From contig NC_091476.1 of NCBI RefSeq assembly GCF_036971445.1, forward strand, positions 140,802,001 to 140,866,000: 64,000 nucleotides of DNA, written 5' to 3'. A model generated the notes under the pieces. That model was given only the letters and a program-made list of their open reading frames with translations. It ran no database searches and was not told the DNA's origin. Shown here in pieces: positions 1-12,580 of this stretch (its first letter is position 1; every line of letters starts with the position of its first letter). The translations under genes were made by a program, and so were the position numbers. This stretch comes from Narcine bancroftii. Its lineage: Eukaryota.

Positions 1-1350
1 TACTAGAGGCAGGGTTCCTCAACTCTTCCTCTGCAACATCGATGATTACTTTGGTGCTGCCTCATGTACCCATTATGAGCTTGTTGATTTCATCCACTTT
101 GCTGCCAACTTCGACCCTGACCTTAAATTCTCTTGGTCCATCTCTAGCGACACTCTGCCTTTCCTTGATCTCTCTGCCTCCATCTCTTGAGACAAACTAT
201 CAACGGACATTACAAAACCTCCAACTCCCACAGCTACGTTGGCTACACTTCTTCCCATCCTGTCCCCTGTAAGGATTCCATTCCATTCTCTCAACTCTTC
301 TATCTTCGTTGCAGGACAAGGTTTTCCATGTCAGATCTTCAGAGATGGCCTCCTTCTTCAAACAATGTGGTTTTCTCTCTACCACCATCAACTCAGTGCT
401 CACCCACATATCTTCCATTACCTGCACACCTGTCTAAGCCCCATTTGCTCTGACGCACAGGTCAAGATTCCTCTCGTCCTCACCTACCACCCCATCAGCC
501 TTCGCATCCTACACATCCTCATCCATCATTTCTGCCACCTAATAAGTGATCCTGTCACTAGACACCCATTCCCCTCTCCTTCCATCTCTGTCTGCTGCAG
601 GGACTGCTCCCTCCATGACTCCCTTGTCCACTCCTCCCTCCCCAGCAATCGCCCCTTGGGACCTACCCTGTGTCCGCAGGAGATGGTCCACACACCCACA
701 TCACCTCCCTCACCACCATTTGGGGCTCCAAACAAGCCTTCCAAGTGAAGCAACATTTCACTTGTGAATTTGCAGGGGTCATCTACTGTATCTGGTGCTC
801 CTGTTGTGGTCTCCTCTACAATCGCAGAGACTGGATGCAGACTGGGAGACCAATTTGTGGAGCACCTCAGCTCTGCCACAAAAGTGTGGCTCATCCAAAG
901 GCCATCCATTCCAATTCCCCATCCCATTCCCTTGCTGATAGGTCTGTCCATGGTCTCATACACTGCTAGACTGAGACCACCTGCAAATTGGTAAGAACTT
1001 CTCATCTTCTCTCTGGGCTCCTTCCAACTAAATGGCATTAACATCGACTTCTCTGGATATTGTTATACCTTTCCTCCCACCCACACTTCTACCCCCATCA
1101 CCTTCCCCAACCTCTGTCTCTCCTTTCCCCGTCTCCTTTCGCATAAACATGATCAATTCTTACCTTGTCCCTTAACATTTTTGTTGGTCTGGATTTCTCC
1201 CCCAGCTGGAGAATCTTAAAATTCTGAGACTTCTGGAATTTTCTGCTTCTGACTTCATTCTCCTTGAAGAGGGGCTCAGGCCTGAAACGCCACCAATATA
1301 TTTTTGCTTTTTATTGATGCTGAAAAGACCGGCTAAGAATCTCCAGGGTT
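1..1350 (+). mobile_element. Penelope-like element, decayed 3' part (RT C-terminus, GIY-YIG endonuclease, pseudo-LTR)
   Basis: Frameshifted ...IPLVLTYHP..., [26 protein letters not shown] and ETGCRLGDQFVEHL (PLE GIY-YIG). The tail carries TTGAAGA-GGGGCTCAGGCCT-GAAACG at about 1264-1289. Confidence 0.85.
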
Positions 1351-1529
1351 TTGTTAATGATTTTACTATTTTGGTGAGAGTGACCACAATTCCCTGAGCT
1401 TGAGCATAGCTCAGAGTAAGGATAAAAACAGACAAAATGTGGAAGTGGTTAATTGGGGAAGGGTTAATTATGATGGATGAGGCAGGAATTAGCGAGAATA
1501 AATTGGAAACAAATGTTCGAAAGTGCAGA

Positions 1530-2740
1530 ACTAGAGCCATGGAACCACAGAACACTACAGCACAGAAAAGGACCCTTCGGCCCTTCTACTCTGTGCTGAA
1601 CCATTTTTTTTCTTTTTCCTATTCCCACTGACCTGCACCCAATCCATAGCCCTCCATACCTCCCCACACATGTACCTGCCCAAATTCTTCTTAAATGTTA
1701 AAACTGAGCCCACATTCATCGCCTCAGCTGGAAGCTCGTTCCACACTCCCACCACTTTCTGTGTGAAGAAGTTCCCCCTCACTCTTAACCCATTTCCTCT
1801 GGTTTGTATCTCACCTACCCTCAGTGAAAAAACATTTACTCTGTCCATATCCTTCATAATTTTAAATACCTCTATCAAATCTCCTCTCATTCTTCTATGC
1901 TCCAGGGAATAGTCCTAACCTGTTTAACCTTTCCTTGTAACTCAGCTCCTAAAGTCCAGGCAACATCCTAGTAAATCTTCTCCACGCTATTTCTATCTTA
2001 TTGATATCTTTCCTGCAGTTAAGTGACCAAAACTGCACACAATACTCCAACTTTTGCCTCACCAATGTCTTATACAACTTTACCATAACATCCCATCTCC
2101 TATACTCAATACTTTGATTTATGAAGGCCAATGTGCCAAAAGCTCTCTTTACAACCCTATCCACCTGTGACACCACTTTCAGGGAAATATATATCTGTAT
2201 TCCTAGGTCCCTCTGCTCTACCACACTTCTCAGTGCCCTACCATTTACCATGCATGTTCTTTCTTGGTTTGTCCTTCCAAAATGCAACACCTCACACTTG
2301 TCTGCATTAAATCCATCTGCCATTTTTCAGCCCATTTTTTCAGCTGGTCCAGATCCCTATATAAGCTTTGAAAATATTCTTCGCTGTCCACAATGTCTCC
2401 AATCTTGGTTTTATCTGCAACTTGCTGATCCAATTTACTACATTATCATCCAGATCACTGTAGATGACAAACAACAATGGTCCCAGCACTGATCCCTGAG
2501 GCACACCACTAGTCATAGGCCTCCAGTCTGAGAAGCAATCATCCACCATTACTCTCTGACTTTTCGTGTCCAGCCATTGTCAAATTCATTTCATTTCTTC
2601 ACCATGAATACCTAGCATCTGAACCTTCCTGACTAATGTCCCATGTGGGACCTTGTCAAAGGCCTTACTAAAATCCACATAGACAACATTCACAGCCTTT
2701 CCTTCATCAATGCTCCTGGTAACCTCCTTGAAAAACTATA
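1530..2740 (-). mobile_element. CR1 LINE, 5'-truncated
   Basis: [42 protein letters not shown] and RGDLIEVFKIMK; CR1 3' tail. Confidence 0.92.
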
Positions 2741-2749
2741 TGACGGTGT

Positions 2750-3733
2750 GGATAAAAAATTGTCTTGCATGTAGAAAGGAGAGAGTAGTAGTATTCTGCC
2801 TGGAACTCAATGACTAGTGGAGCGTTGCAAGGATGTGTTCTGGAATGTGTTATGATGTGTTATGATCTTTATAAATGACCTGGTTGAAGAGGCAGAAGGA
2901 TGGGTCATTAAGTTTGCCGATGATACGAAGGTTGGAGGAGTTGGGGATAGTATTATAGGTTGTCGAAGTTTACAAAAGGATATAGACAGGATGCAGAATT
3001 GGGCAGAAAAGTGGTAGATGGAGTTCAATCTGGATAAGTGTAAGGGGAAACATTTTGGAAGGACAAACCAGAAGACTGAGTTAATGGCCGGTTACTTAGA
3101 GGAACCTTGGGGTCCAAATCCATACATCCCTCAAGGTCACTGCACCAGTTGATAGAATCGTTAAGAAGGCCTATGGGATGCTGGGATTCATTAATGGGGG
3201 ATTGTTCAGGAGAGGTCATGCTGCAACTCTACAAATCTATGGTGAGACCACACTTGGAGTATTTTGTTCAGTTTTGGTCATCTCATTATAGGAAGGATGT
3301 GGAAGCTATGGAAAGATTGCAGAGGAAATTTATCAGGATGTTGCCTGGATTGGAAAATAAGTCTTATGAGGCAAGGTTAGCAGAACTGGGAATTTTCTCT
3401 TTGGAGTGTAGAAGGATGAGAAGAGACTCAGTGGAGGTCTACACAATTATGAGAGGCAACAATAGGGTAGACAGCCAGCACCTTTTTCCATGGGCAGGAA
3501 TAGAAAACACTAGAGGACACACGTACAAGGCAAAGGGAGGAAAGTTTAGGGGAGGCATCAGGGTTAAATCTTTTTACACAGTTGTGGGCGCCTGGAATGC
3601 CTTGCCAGGGCGGTGGTACAGGCTTGAACAATAGGGGCATTTAAGAAACTCTTGGATTGGCACACAGATGAAAGAAAAATAGAGGGTTATGGGGTATTGA
3701 GTGTTTGAATTTTTTTTAAGTATATGGGTTGGC
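2750..3733 (+). mobile_element. CR1 LINE, 5'-truncated; the 3' tail is interrupted by an L1 and resumes at 6388-6430
   Basis: FADDTK (tttgccgatgatacgaag) and LYKSMVRPHLEYFVQFWSSHYRKD. Confidence 0.9.
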
Positions 3734-6371
3734 GGGGGGGCGTGGCAAGATGGCGTAGAGTGGCCGGACTTTTAAGTACCCGTTTTTTAACCCTTTGTTT
3801 TCAAGTTTAAACTTCTTAAATTTTAGTTTAAAGTATTAAGGAATTATTATGGCCATTAATGGTAAAAAGATTAAACCTCAAGTGCAGAAGAAGTTACAAT
3901 TTCGAAGTACTGAAGATTTGGGGCCTAAACAACTTGCTACAGCCTCAGGTTTAATTTATTCAGTGCCTAAACTACAAAGCCTGCCTGTGGGAGCTGAAAA
4001 AAAAATGTCTACTACTCAGCAAATGAAGGATAGCGCTGGAATTACCCGTTCTCTGGAAGAAGGTGCGTGTTCCCATGTAGTGGATCCCGATTCTGGCAGC
4101 CTGCTGATTTTAACAGAGGGAGCACACAGGAAGACAATTCCATTGTCTGAAACGTTTCTGGCAATGCTCCAACCTGAAGATTTCGACCTCTTCCCGTGAT
4201 TTTTTGAAAAAAACGAGCTGCGGGGGGAGGCCAGCATTGACCCCCTGAGGAAGTCGGGGTGCCGTCGCTGGGAGTCCAGACCCGCAGTAAGACCGTTAAA
4301 ATGCCTTTTGCTGAGTTACAGCAGAGCTGCCACTACGTTAGAGAAAGCAGGGCTGAGCTTTTCTGAATTCCAATGTAACCAGTTAAATGCTGTAATTCAG
4401 CCTATAATGAATGAGTTGGCTCAAAGGATAAGCTCAGAATTGAATAGTTAAAACACATGTAGAGAAGATTTTTAAAAATTTCAGTCTGCTTTTTTGGAAT
4501 GTCAACAACAAGTGGCTTCTAATACAGAAAAAGTGTTGAAGGTTGAAAAATCTGTTATAGAATTGCGAGAACATGAGAAGGAGTTAGAGAGGAAAATAGA
4601 CTATTTGGAGAATCAAAGTAGAAGGAATAATGTGAAAATTGTCAGTTTGCCAGAAGGTATGGAAGGACAAGATCCTCGTTTTTTTATGGATTGGATTCCA
4701 CAAGTATTAAGGCAAGAATTTTTTTTTGAAGGCTTGCTATTGGAAAGAGCTCACAGAACTTTAAGAAGATCACCTTTACCTGGTCAGCCACCGAGACCTG
4801 TAATAATTCGATGTTTGAATTATTTGGATAGAGAAGCAATACTTCGACTGGCGGTGCAAAATGCGAGAAAACGACAAACTCCGTTATTGATTCAGAATAG
4901 CAGAGCTTTTTTCTATCCTGATTTGAGTCAAGAGGTCATTCAACTTCGACGTTGATTTAATCCAGTTAAAGAAGTTTTGTGGCGTAAAGGTTATAAATCT
5001 ACTTTTCGCTATCCGGCAGTGTTGAAGGTGTTTCATGGAGACTATCAATCTTGTTTTTTTGAGGATGATCATGAAGCAATGATTTTCGCTGATTCATTGC
5101 CTGATATAAGAGAACAAAGACATAGTCCACCATTGTCTCCTAAAGAAAAATCTGGTTGTTCTGGAAATGGAAGAAATGGTAGAAATGGGAAAAACAGGAA
5201 TGGAAAGAGTCCAACTTCTTTTGAAATAGGATCTTCGAGTTTGGAACCTCTTGGATGAATAGCAGAATCTTCTTATTCTTATTTTACTTTTTATGTTATT
5301 ATGATATTTTGAGATTTTTTTTGTTCGGCTGGGGAGGAAGAGATTTATTCTAGGTTCTATTAGTCATCAGCCACTGGTGGGTGATCCACACCCAAATTTT
5401 GTTTAGGGATTACTACCTTTTGGTAGTTTTTTTGGGGGGGTGTTTTTGTTGATTATTTTTTTTCTTTTTATTTTATCTAGCTTTTACTTTATGATTTTTT
5501 TTCTCCTATTGGAGGGCCTATATATGATGATTTGAGTTTTTATATACAGATATTATTGGTGTTTAGTAATATTAGTAGATATGTTAAAGTTGAGGTTTGC
5601 TACTTTTAATGTTCGAGGTTTAAACAGTTCGATTAAGCGTAATGATGAGGGACAGCTATGGTATTGATAAGAATTCTTTATTTCTTTATTTTTAAATTGG
5701 ATCTTTGGTAAAATGTGTGTTTGGTAGCGATATGATTTTATCTGAAATGATTAAATTTGAGACTTTACTTATGAAGGTACCAGAGAATGTATTATGTATT
5801 AAATATTATAGGATGGTATGGATAAAAAGGGTTGGGATATATCCAAATCTGTATAAGATTAAAATACCTTTAGATCTGATAGTATCTTTATTGGGCAGTT
5901 TGCAACCTTTGAAAGGTTTGGGATTAGATAAATTTCAACTTGCTTTTGTATATTTAGCATTATTTGTAGAGAAAAAATGTATTGTTAGTATGTGGAAAGA
6001 TACAAATATGATTGATATTAATAGATGGCATAATGAGAGGACATACTGTTTAATAATGGAAAAAATTACATATGTTTCGCGTGATAACTATAGCTTTTTT
6101 ATTAGTAAGTGGTTGTTATATTCAGAATATTTACATTTCGATTTATCTTGATTAGATTTTAATATGTATGTTTAATTTTTCCTTAGGTTTTTTTCCCTTT
6201 CTTTATGACTCTCCTTAGGAGACCTGGCTGAAGAGGGGGGGGGGGGGGGGGGTTCTTTTTTTTTCTTTCTTTTTTCATTTTTTTTCTATAAAATATAACG
6301 TTCATGTTTTTGGTTTATTGTTGTATGTTATTTACTATCTGTATTTTGAATGAATAAATAAAGTTTATAAA
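3734..6371 (+). mobile_element. L1-clade element with both ends intact, decayed ORF1 and ORF2 mostly deleted
   Basis: 16-bp TSD AAGTATATGGGTTGGC (3718-3733 and 6372-6387). 5' end GGGGGGGCGTGGCAAGATGGCG. ORF1 motifs LENQSRRNNVKIVSLPEG, LERAHR, PRPVIIR and FYPDLS. ORF2 start MLKLRFATFNVRGLN at 5581. 3' end AATAAATAAAG plus an A-rich tail. Confidence 0.9.
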
Positions 6372-6679
6372 AAGTATATGGGTTGGCACCAGGTCGAGGG
6401 CCTTTACTGTGCTGTAGTGTTCTATGTTTTAAGAACATAAAGAGGAGAGGAAAGTGTTGGCAAAGAGATTCCGGAGCTTTACAACTGCCAAAACCAATGG
6501 ACAAAACAATTTCAAATGGTCAGTTTGATGGAACTTTGGAGGGTTATCGGGCTTGCCTATCTTCCAGAACAAGCGGCTTCACTGGCTTTAATGATTCACG
6601 TTGGCTGTGGGGCTGGGGAGAAATCAAACACAATTCATCCAAGACTGGAAATGCGAATGGCTCAGCTCTCCCAGTCCAC

Positions 6680-7010
6680 ACCACCCAGCACATGCTCTGT
6701 TCTTGCTGCTGCCAGCAGAAAATAGGTCTAGGTGTAGGTGCCACAAGACCAGCACCACCCGGTTCAGGATCAGCTACTCCCCCTCCTCCACCATCAGACT
6801 CCTCAACAACAAACTCAATCAGGGACTCATCGAAGGGTTCCTACTTGTGCACTGTATTGATTTTTTAAATTCCCTCTGTATTTCGGTTTGTTTAGATTTC
6901 TTTGTTTGTTTACGTCGAGTACAGTTTTTTTTGCACTACCAAGGTAGAAATTCTGCCTGGCCACAGAAAAAAAGAATCTCAGGGATGTACTCTGGCAATA
7001 AGTCTGAACA
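6680..7010 (+). mobile_element. Rex1/Babar-like LINE 3' fragment
   Basis: ccacaccacccagcacatgctctgttc...caccatcagactcctcaac, the same 3' end as the copy at 30300-30585. Confidence 0.6.
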
Positions 7011-8941
7011 CACAGTGCATCACAGAGGGAACCAGTTAAAATTAAAAGGAGACCTATGGCAGAGGTCAGAAATGGATTCAGCCAATTATGGAAATTACAG
7101 AGAGAGTAACGACAAGAGCGAAAGAAGCAGTGAGAAAAGATGTGAGGAAATGTCATGTTAGCTCCAGTAGGACTGCTATGGTTGAAGGGGCTGAGTCCAA
7201 ACTTCTCATGGCAATGAGGACATCCAATAAACACAGGTCTTGTCAGTGATTACAAGCCCAAATTGGTATGTTCTAAGCAGCCTGCAAAGTCTGGAATTGT
7301 CAGTGTGAACTCTGAAAGCAGGTTGTGTCCTGTGAGTGCTGACTGAGAGAGATGACTGAGAGAGTGCAGACCCATCAATTTCAGATGACAATTAACATTG
7401 ATTCTTTCAGCTAGAGCACCTGGTCTACAGTGATAAACTGGAAACTTGCCCACTTCCCAGCACTTTGTGACAATGCAGTTGAAATAACTGTTTTTCCATT
7501 AAGGAGCTGTATAAACTTTATTTCCTCTCATAGCTGAGGAAATAAAGTCACTTTTTCTTGGCTTATTGCATCGACTCATTGGGCATAGGTCCAAAATCAT
7601 CTCACACTGTGACCTTACAAATCATGTGTGCGAGAGCCCTGAGTGTCAGTGGGCAATTCCTCATAGCGTAAATCGTGACCACAGCCAATTCTACAAGCAC
7701 GGTTGGCCACTTAATGCTAGCATTGAAGAGATGCCGAGATCGGGAAAACTCATAATAAACCAGCATATTGCGACTGAGCTACTCATAAACCAGCGTTCAA
7801 GCCAAATTAATTTTGGTTTATGAAATCCCAAGAATAATTTCGCCCCCCCCCCCCCCCCCCCCCCATGAAGTGGTATAACTAAGAACTTGCTTGTTAATTT
7901 TATTGAGGTATTTTTGGAATCAATAACATTAGTAACAATTTTCCAGATTTGAAAACATCATTATTGCTACGAAGACAGGGGGAGAATTCAACAATTTTAG
8001 AGCTGAGTGGGTGAATTATTCCAAGGGGACACACAGAGACTGCAGACACTGGAGCAAAGCACAATTTGCTCTTGGAACTTAGTGGGTTGAGCAGCTCCTA
8101 TGGGAGAAAGAACAGCTGATGTTTTGAATTGGAACCCAAGGCTGGGAGTGCAGAGGGGAGATAGCTAATGGAATGAGGACCGGGGCCCTGGAAGCAATTG
8201 TTGGAAATAGGGAGGGTTGAAGGATGACAGACAATCAAGGTTGATTGGGAGGTGCCATACTTATCCCAAGTTCTGTTGTCTGACACAAATTTAAATCTCA
8301 AGTCATTTGTGTTTTGCTTTAAAATTGTAAAATGCACCAACACTCTCCACGTTATGGACATGGGCAGCTTGAGATTACACAGGTGATAAATGTTGGATTT
8401 CTGTTGCAAACTTCATGTCTATGATGCCATTTTCCTTTCTCTCCCTCTCTCTAGGCAACATCCATTTAACAAAAGTAGTCAAAGGAGTTTGCAAAGGCAG
8501 TCTACATATTAGTGTGGGGCAAGAAGCCACTGGTTTGAAATATTATTTCATTAGTGACAAAGGAATTAGTCCCAGGAGTTATTTCATATTTTAGAGAGGG
8601 AAATGTTACTTTTTTTTAAGTGGAATGATATAGATTTTTTTAAAATTCACGTTGAATTAATCTTAAGAAAAATTACAATTTTTCTGCTGTCGTTTGCTCA
8701 GTATCTACTTCTCTGGAAGGAAAAGTTCTGGTCTTTCTCCCTTCACTGAAGCAACCTCTCCTAGCACTTTTTAACCTGCCTGCATCCTTCACATAAGCTT
8801 CAACAGCAACAGCGAGTTTAGAAAGATGTTTCACTGAATTCAGTGCAATGCTACATTCCTTAAACACTGTTGTGCAATTCTACGACCTGGTCGCGACGAT
8901 GCTTCGGTGAATGATCTGGTGTTCACTATAGATTATTACAC

Positions 8942-9189
8942 CGTGCATCTTGGCGCCTCACAGTTCGGCGGGCAGAAACCTCCTTGGAAGACCGCAGACC
9001 CCACCTCACTGACAAAAGACAAAGGAGGAAAAACCCAACACCCAACCTCAACCCACCAATTTTCCTCTGCAACCGTGTCTGCCTGTCCCGCATTGGACTT
9101 GTCAGCCACCAACGAGCCTGCAGCTGACGTGGACATTACCCCTCCATAAATCTTCAACCGCGAAGCCAAGCCAAAGAAAGAAAGAAAGA
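8942..9189 (+). mobile_element. RTE LINE short 3' fragment
   Basis: Same 3' end as 11790-12050, (GAAA)n tail, TSD ATTACAC (8935-8941 and 9190-9196). Confidence 0.88.
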
Positions 9190-10050
9190 ATTACACTGAA
9201 GCCTTTACAGCGCTGAACTGCACCACTAGGCATGGAACAAACAAAAATGTCACCTTCACCAGGGGAAGCAGCCAATATGTTACTTCAAGTGAAGGATCAG
9301 TGTTCTAAATTAACCATAAACCACTGCCTAATGGTTCAATCAGAAAACCCCAAACAATGTTATACCCAGAACCTACACCCACTTCCCCATGTGAGACAAG
9401 GTCCTGGCGAAGGATCTCTGCCAGTTCCACATGTTGAAAGTGAACTGATGTTGAAAGAACATTTATCATTTTAATTAAGCTAATTATTTGGCATTCTCTT
9501 CCCAAAAATACATTTGTTTTCTCCTTGAGAGTCTTCTATTGCTTTATTCCACAACCTCTTCATCACATGATGCACTGGACTTGATTTTAACATCTCCCTC
9601 AAAGACCATGGGTGCTGCACAGATCATTAAGTCTGAGCTGGAGTCAAACAGGTGTTGCCACATTCATTTTGCAGGGAATGACTTCAGTCTCCTTTGGAGA
9701 AAATTGTGTGAAGAAGGCAGAATATTAATCTATTCATATTTCAGGTTCTGGAGCCAGCATTTACTGACCCTAAGTAACTGCTCTGATGGTGATGGCAAGC
9801 CACCACCGAGAACAGATTTCCCTTCTCATGAAGGTTTTCCTCGGTGCCATATGGGAAGAAGGGAGTGCCAGCATTTACACCCAATGACAATGAAGGACTG
9901 GCTAAAGGCTTCGGGGACGAGGTGGAGTTCCAATACTCTTGGTTGGAGATGGTTTGAAAGGCTCTGAATGAGTAGCCCAGGCGTCATACTTGTCTTAATT
10001 TCTCTCATTGTAGCTTATGGCTGGCCAATGAGCTTTGAAAATAGTAACGC

Positions 10051-12580
10051 TTGATAAAATTTTTTGTCGAGATTTGAATAAAATGGTTAGGGAGTTTTTA
10101 TGGAGGGGTAAATTTTCAAGAGTAGCTTTGAATAAATTAACTTGGAAATATGAGTTAGGGGGACTACGTTTACCACATTTTCAAAATTATTATGAGGCAG
10201 CCCAACTTAAATGTATTAGTTCATTGATAGATTTGGTACGGCCTCCTAGTTGGGCTAAAATTGAGATGGCAAGTATTTTTGAATTTGAAATACATCAATT
10301 TTTGTTTGGATGGAATATAAATTTGTTACAACAATATAATGTGCCTATACTAAAATATTTAATGAAGTCATGAATAAAGAAAAATAAAATGATAGGCTCT
10401 AGGGGTAAATTATCGGCTTTGACTCCGTTGTATAATAATCAACTTATTTCTTTTTCAATTCATAATCAAAGTTTATTGTATTGGAGATTTAAAGGTGTGA
10501 AAAATTTGGGAGATTGTTTTAAAGGGGGTAAGTTTTTATCTTTTAATCAGATGAGGGAAGGTTTTGGTATTGAAAAGAATTCTTTATTTCTTTATTATCA
10601 AATTCGATCTTTGGTAAAATGTATGTTTGGTAGAGATATGATTTTACCTAAAATGACTAAATTTGAGACTTTTCTTATGAAGGTACCAGAGAAGGGTTAA
10701 ATTTCATCTATGTATCAAATATTACAGGATGGTATGGATTAAAAGGGTTGGGATAGATCTAAAAGTAAATGGGAAGTGGATATTGGTTTTATTTTTTCCA
10801 AAGAGGATTTGTTAGATATCTGTTATGATAGTGTAACCAGATTGATAAATGTACATTATGCAATGATTAATTACAACCTTTTATATCTATTATATTTGAC
10901 ACCTGAAAAATTAAAAAGTATGGTTTTCATGAATCAGATTTGTGTTTTAGATGTGGTGATACGGTTGGAACTTTTTTTCATGCTGTTTGGCTATCTGAGG
11001 CGCCTGCAAGCTCACACCAAGACACAAGAGAAACTTGTCCGTGAACTACTCTTTGCAGATGATGCCGCTTTAGTTGCCCATTCAGAGCCAGCTCTTCAGC
11101 GCTTGACGTCCTGCTTTGCGGAAACTGCCAAAATGTTTGGCCTGGAAGTCAGCCTGAAGAAAACTGAGGTCCTCCATCAGCCAGCTCCCCACCATGACTA
11201 CCAGCCCCCCCACATCTCCATCGGGCACACAAAACTCAAAACGGTCAACCAGTTTACCTATCTCGGCTGCACCATTTCATCAGATGCAAGGATCGACAAT
11301 GAGATAGACAACAGACTCGCCAAGGCAAATAGCGCCTTTGGAAGACTACACAAAAGAGTCTGGAAAAACAACCAACTGAAAAACCTCACAAAGATAAGCG
11401 TATACAGAGCCGTTGTCATACCCACACTCCTGTTCGGCTCCGAATCATGGGTCCTCTACCGGCACCACCTACGGCTCCTAGAACGCTTCCACCAGCGTTG
11501 TCTCCGCTCCATCCTCAACATCCATTGGAGCGCTCACACCCCTAACGTCGAGGTACTCGAGATGGCAGAGGTCGACAGCATCGAGTCCACGCTGCTGAAG
11601 ATCCAGCTGCGCTGGATGGGTCACGTCTCCAGAATGGAGGACCATCGCCTTCCCAAGATCGTATTATATGGCGAGCTCTCCACTGGCCACCGTGACAGAG
11701 GTGCACCAAAGAAAAGGTACAAGGACTGCCTAAAGAAATCTCTTGGTGCCTGCCACATTGACCACCGCCAGTGGGCTGATAACGCCTCAAACCGTGCATC
11801 TTGGCGCCTCACAGTTTGGCGGGCAGCAGCCTCCTTTGAAGAAGACCGCAGAGCCCACCTCACTGACAAAAGGCAAAGGAGGAAAAACCCAACACCCAAC
11901 CCCAACCAACCAATTTTCCCTTGCAACCGCTGCAATCGTGTCTGCCTGTCCCGCATCGGACTGGTCAGCCACAAACGAGCCTGCAGCTGACGTGGACTTT
12001 TTACCCCCTCCATAAATCTTCGTCCGCGAAGCCAAGCCAAAGAAAAGAAGACATATACAATCTCTTTGGAAGAAAATTCAATCTTTTTTAGAATACCTGT
12101 ATAAGATTAAAATAGTTTTAGATCCAACAGTATTTTTATTGGGTAGTTTGCAACCTCTGAAAGGTTTGGGATTAGATAAGTTTCAGCTTGCTTTTGAATA
12201 TTTGCTTTATCCGTAGCGAAAAAATGTATTGCTAGTACGTGGAAAGATACAAATATGATTGATATAATACATGGCATAATGAGATGAAATATTGTTTAAT
12301 AATGGAACAAATTACATGTTTTGAGTGATAATTATAATTTTTTTATTAATAAGTGGTTGTTATACTCAGAATATTTACATTTCAATTTATATTGATTAGA
12401 TTTTAATATGTATATTTTTCTTTAATATTCTTTCTTTTTTCTTTCTTTATGGCTCTCCTTAGGAGAGTTGGCTGAAGGGGGGGTATTTTCTTTTCTTCTA
12501 TATATAAAAAAGTGTTCATGTTTAATTGCTGCATATGTCATATATTATTTGTTTTTTGAATGAATAAATAAAGTTTAAAA
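10051..12580 (+). mobile_element. L1 5'-truncated copy (ORF2 C-terminal part and 3'UTR), same family as 3734-6371, interrupted by an RTE
   Basis: FLWRGKFSRVALNKL..GGLRLPHFQNYYEAAQL and a CxxC..H..C knuckle near 10940-10995. 13-bp TSD AAAATAG(T/C)AACGC (10038-10050 and 12581-12593). Confidence 0.9.
10995..12050 (+). mobile_element. RTE-clade LINE, young, 5'-truncated, nested in the L1
   Basis: Uninterrupted ORF ELLFADDAAL...FTYLGCTIS...[18 protein letters not shown]..., C-terminal C2H2 [21 protein letters not shown], short 3'UTR and (GAA)-type tail. Confidence 0.93.

Noticed and set aside
7843-7864. Long C/G homopolymers (also about 6234-6252 and 29384-29407)
   Set aside because: Simple mononucleotide runs whose lengths are unreliable in assemblies.
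6383-9970. FAM167B exons expected from human synteny; ORFs 6383-6868, 8673-8867 and 9488-9967
   Set aside because: No recognisable FAM167 motifs or consistent splice chain was found, and the ORFs partly overlap repeats.
10776-11990. 404-aa ORF as a host gene
   Set aside because: It is a chance fusion of L1 and a 5'-truncated RTE, with no N-terminal RT or endonuclease.
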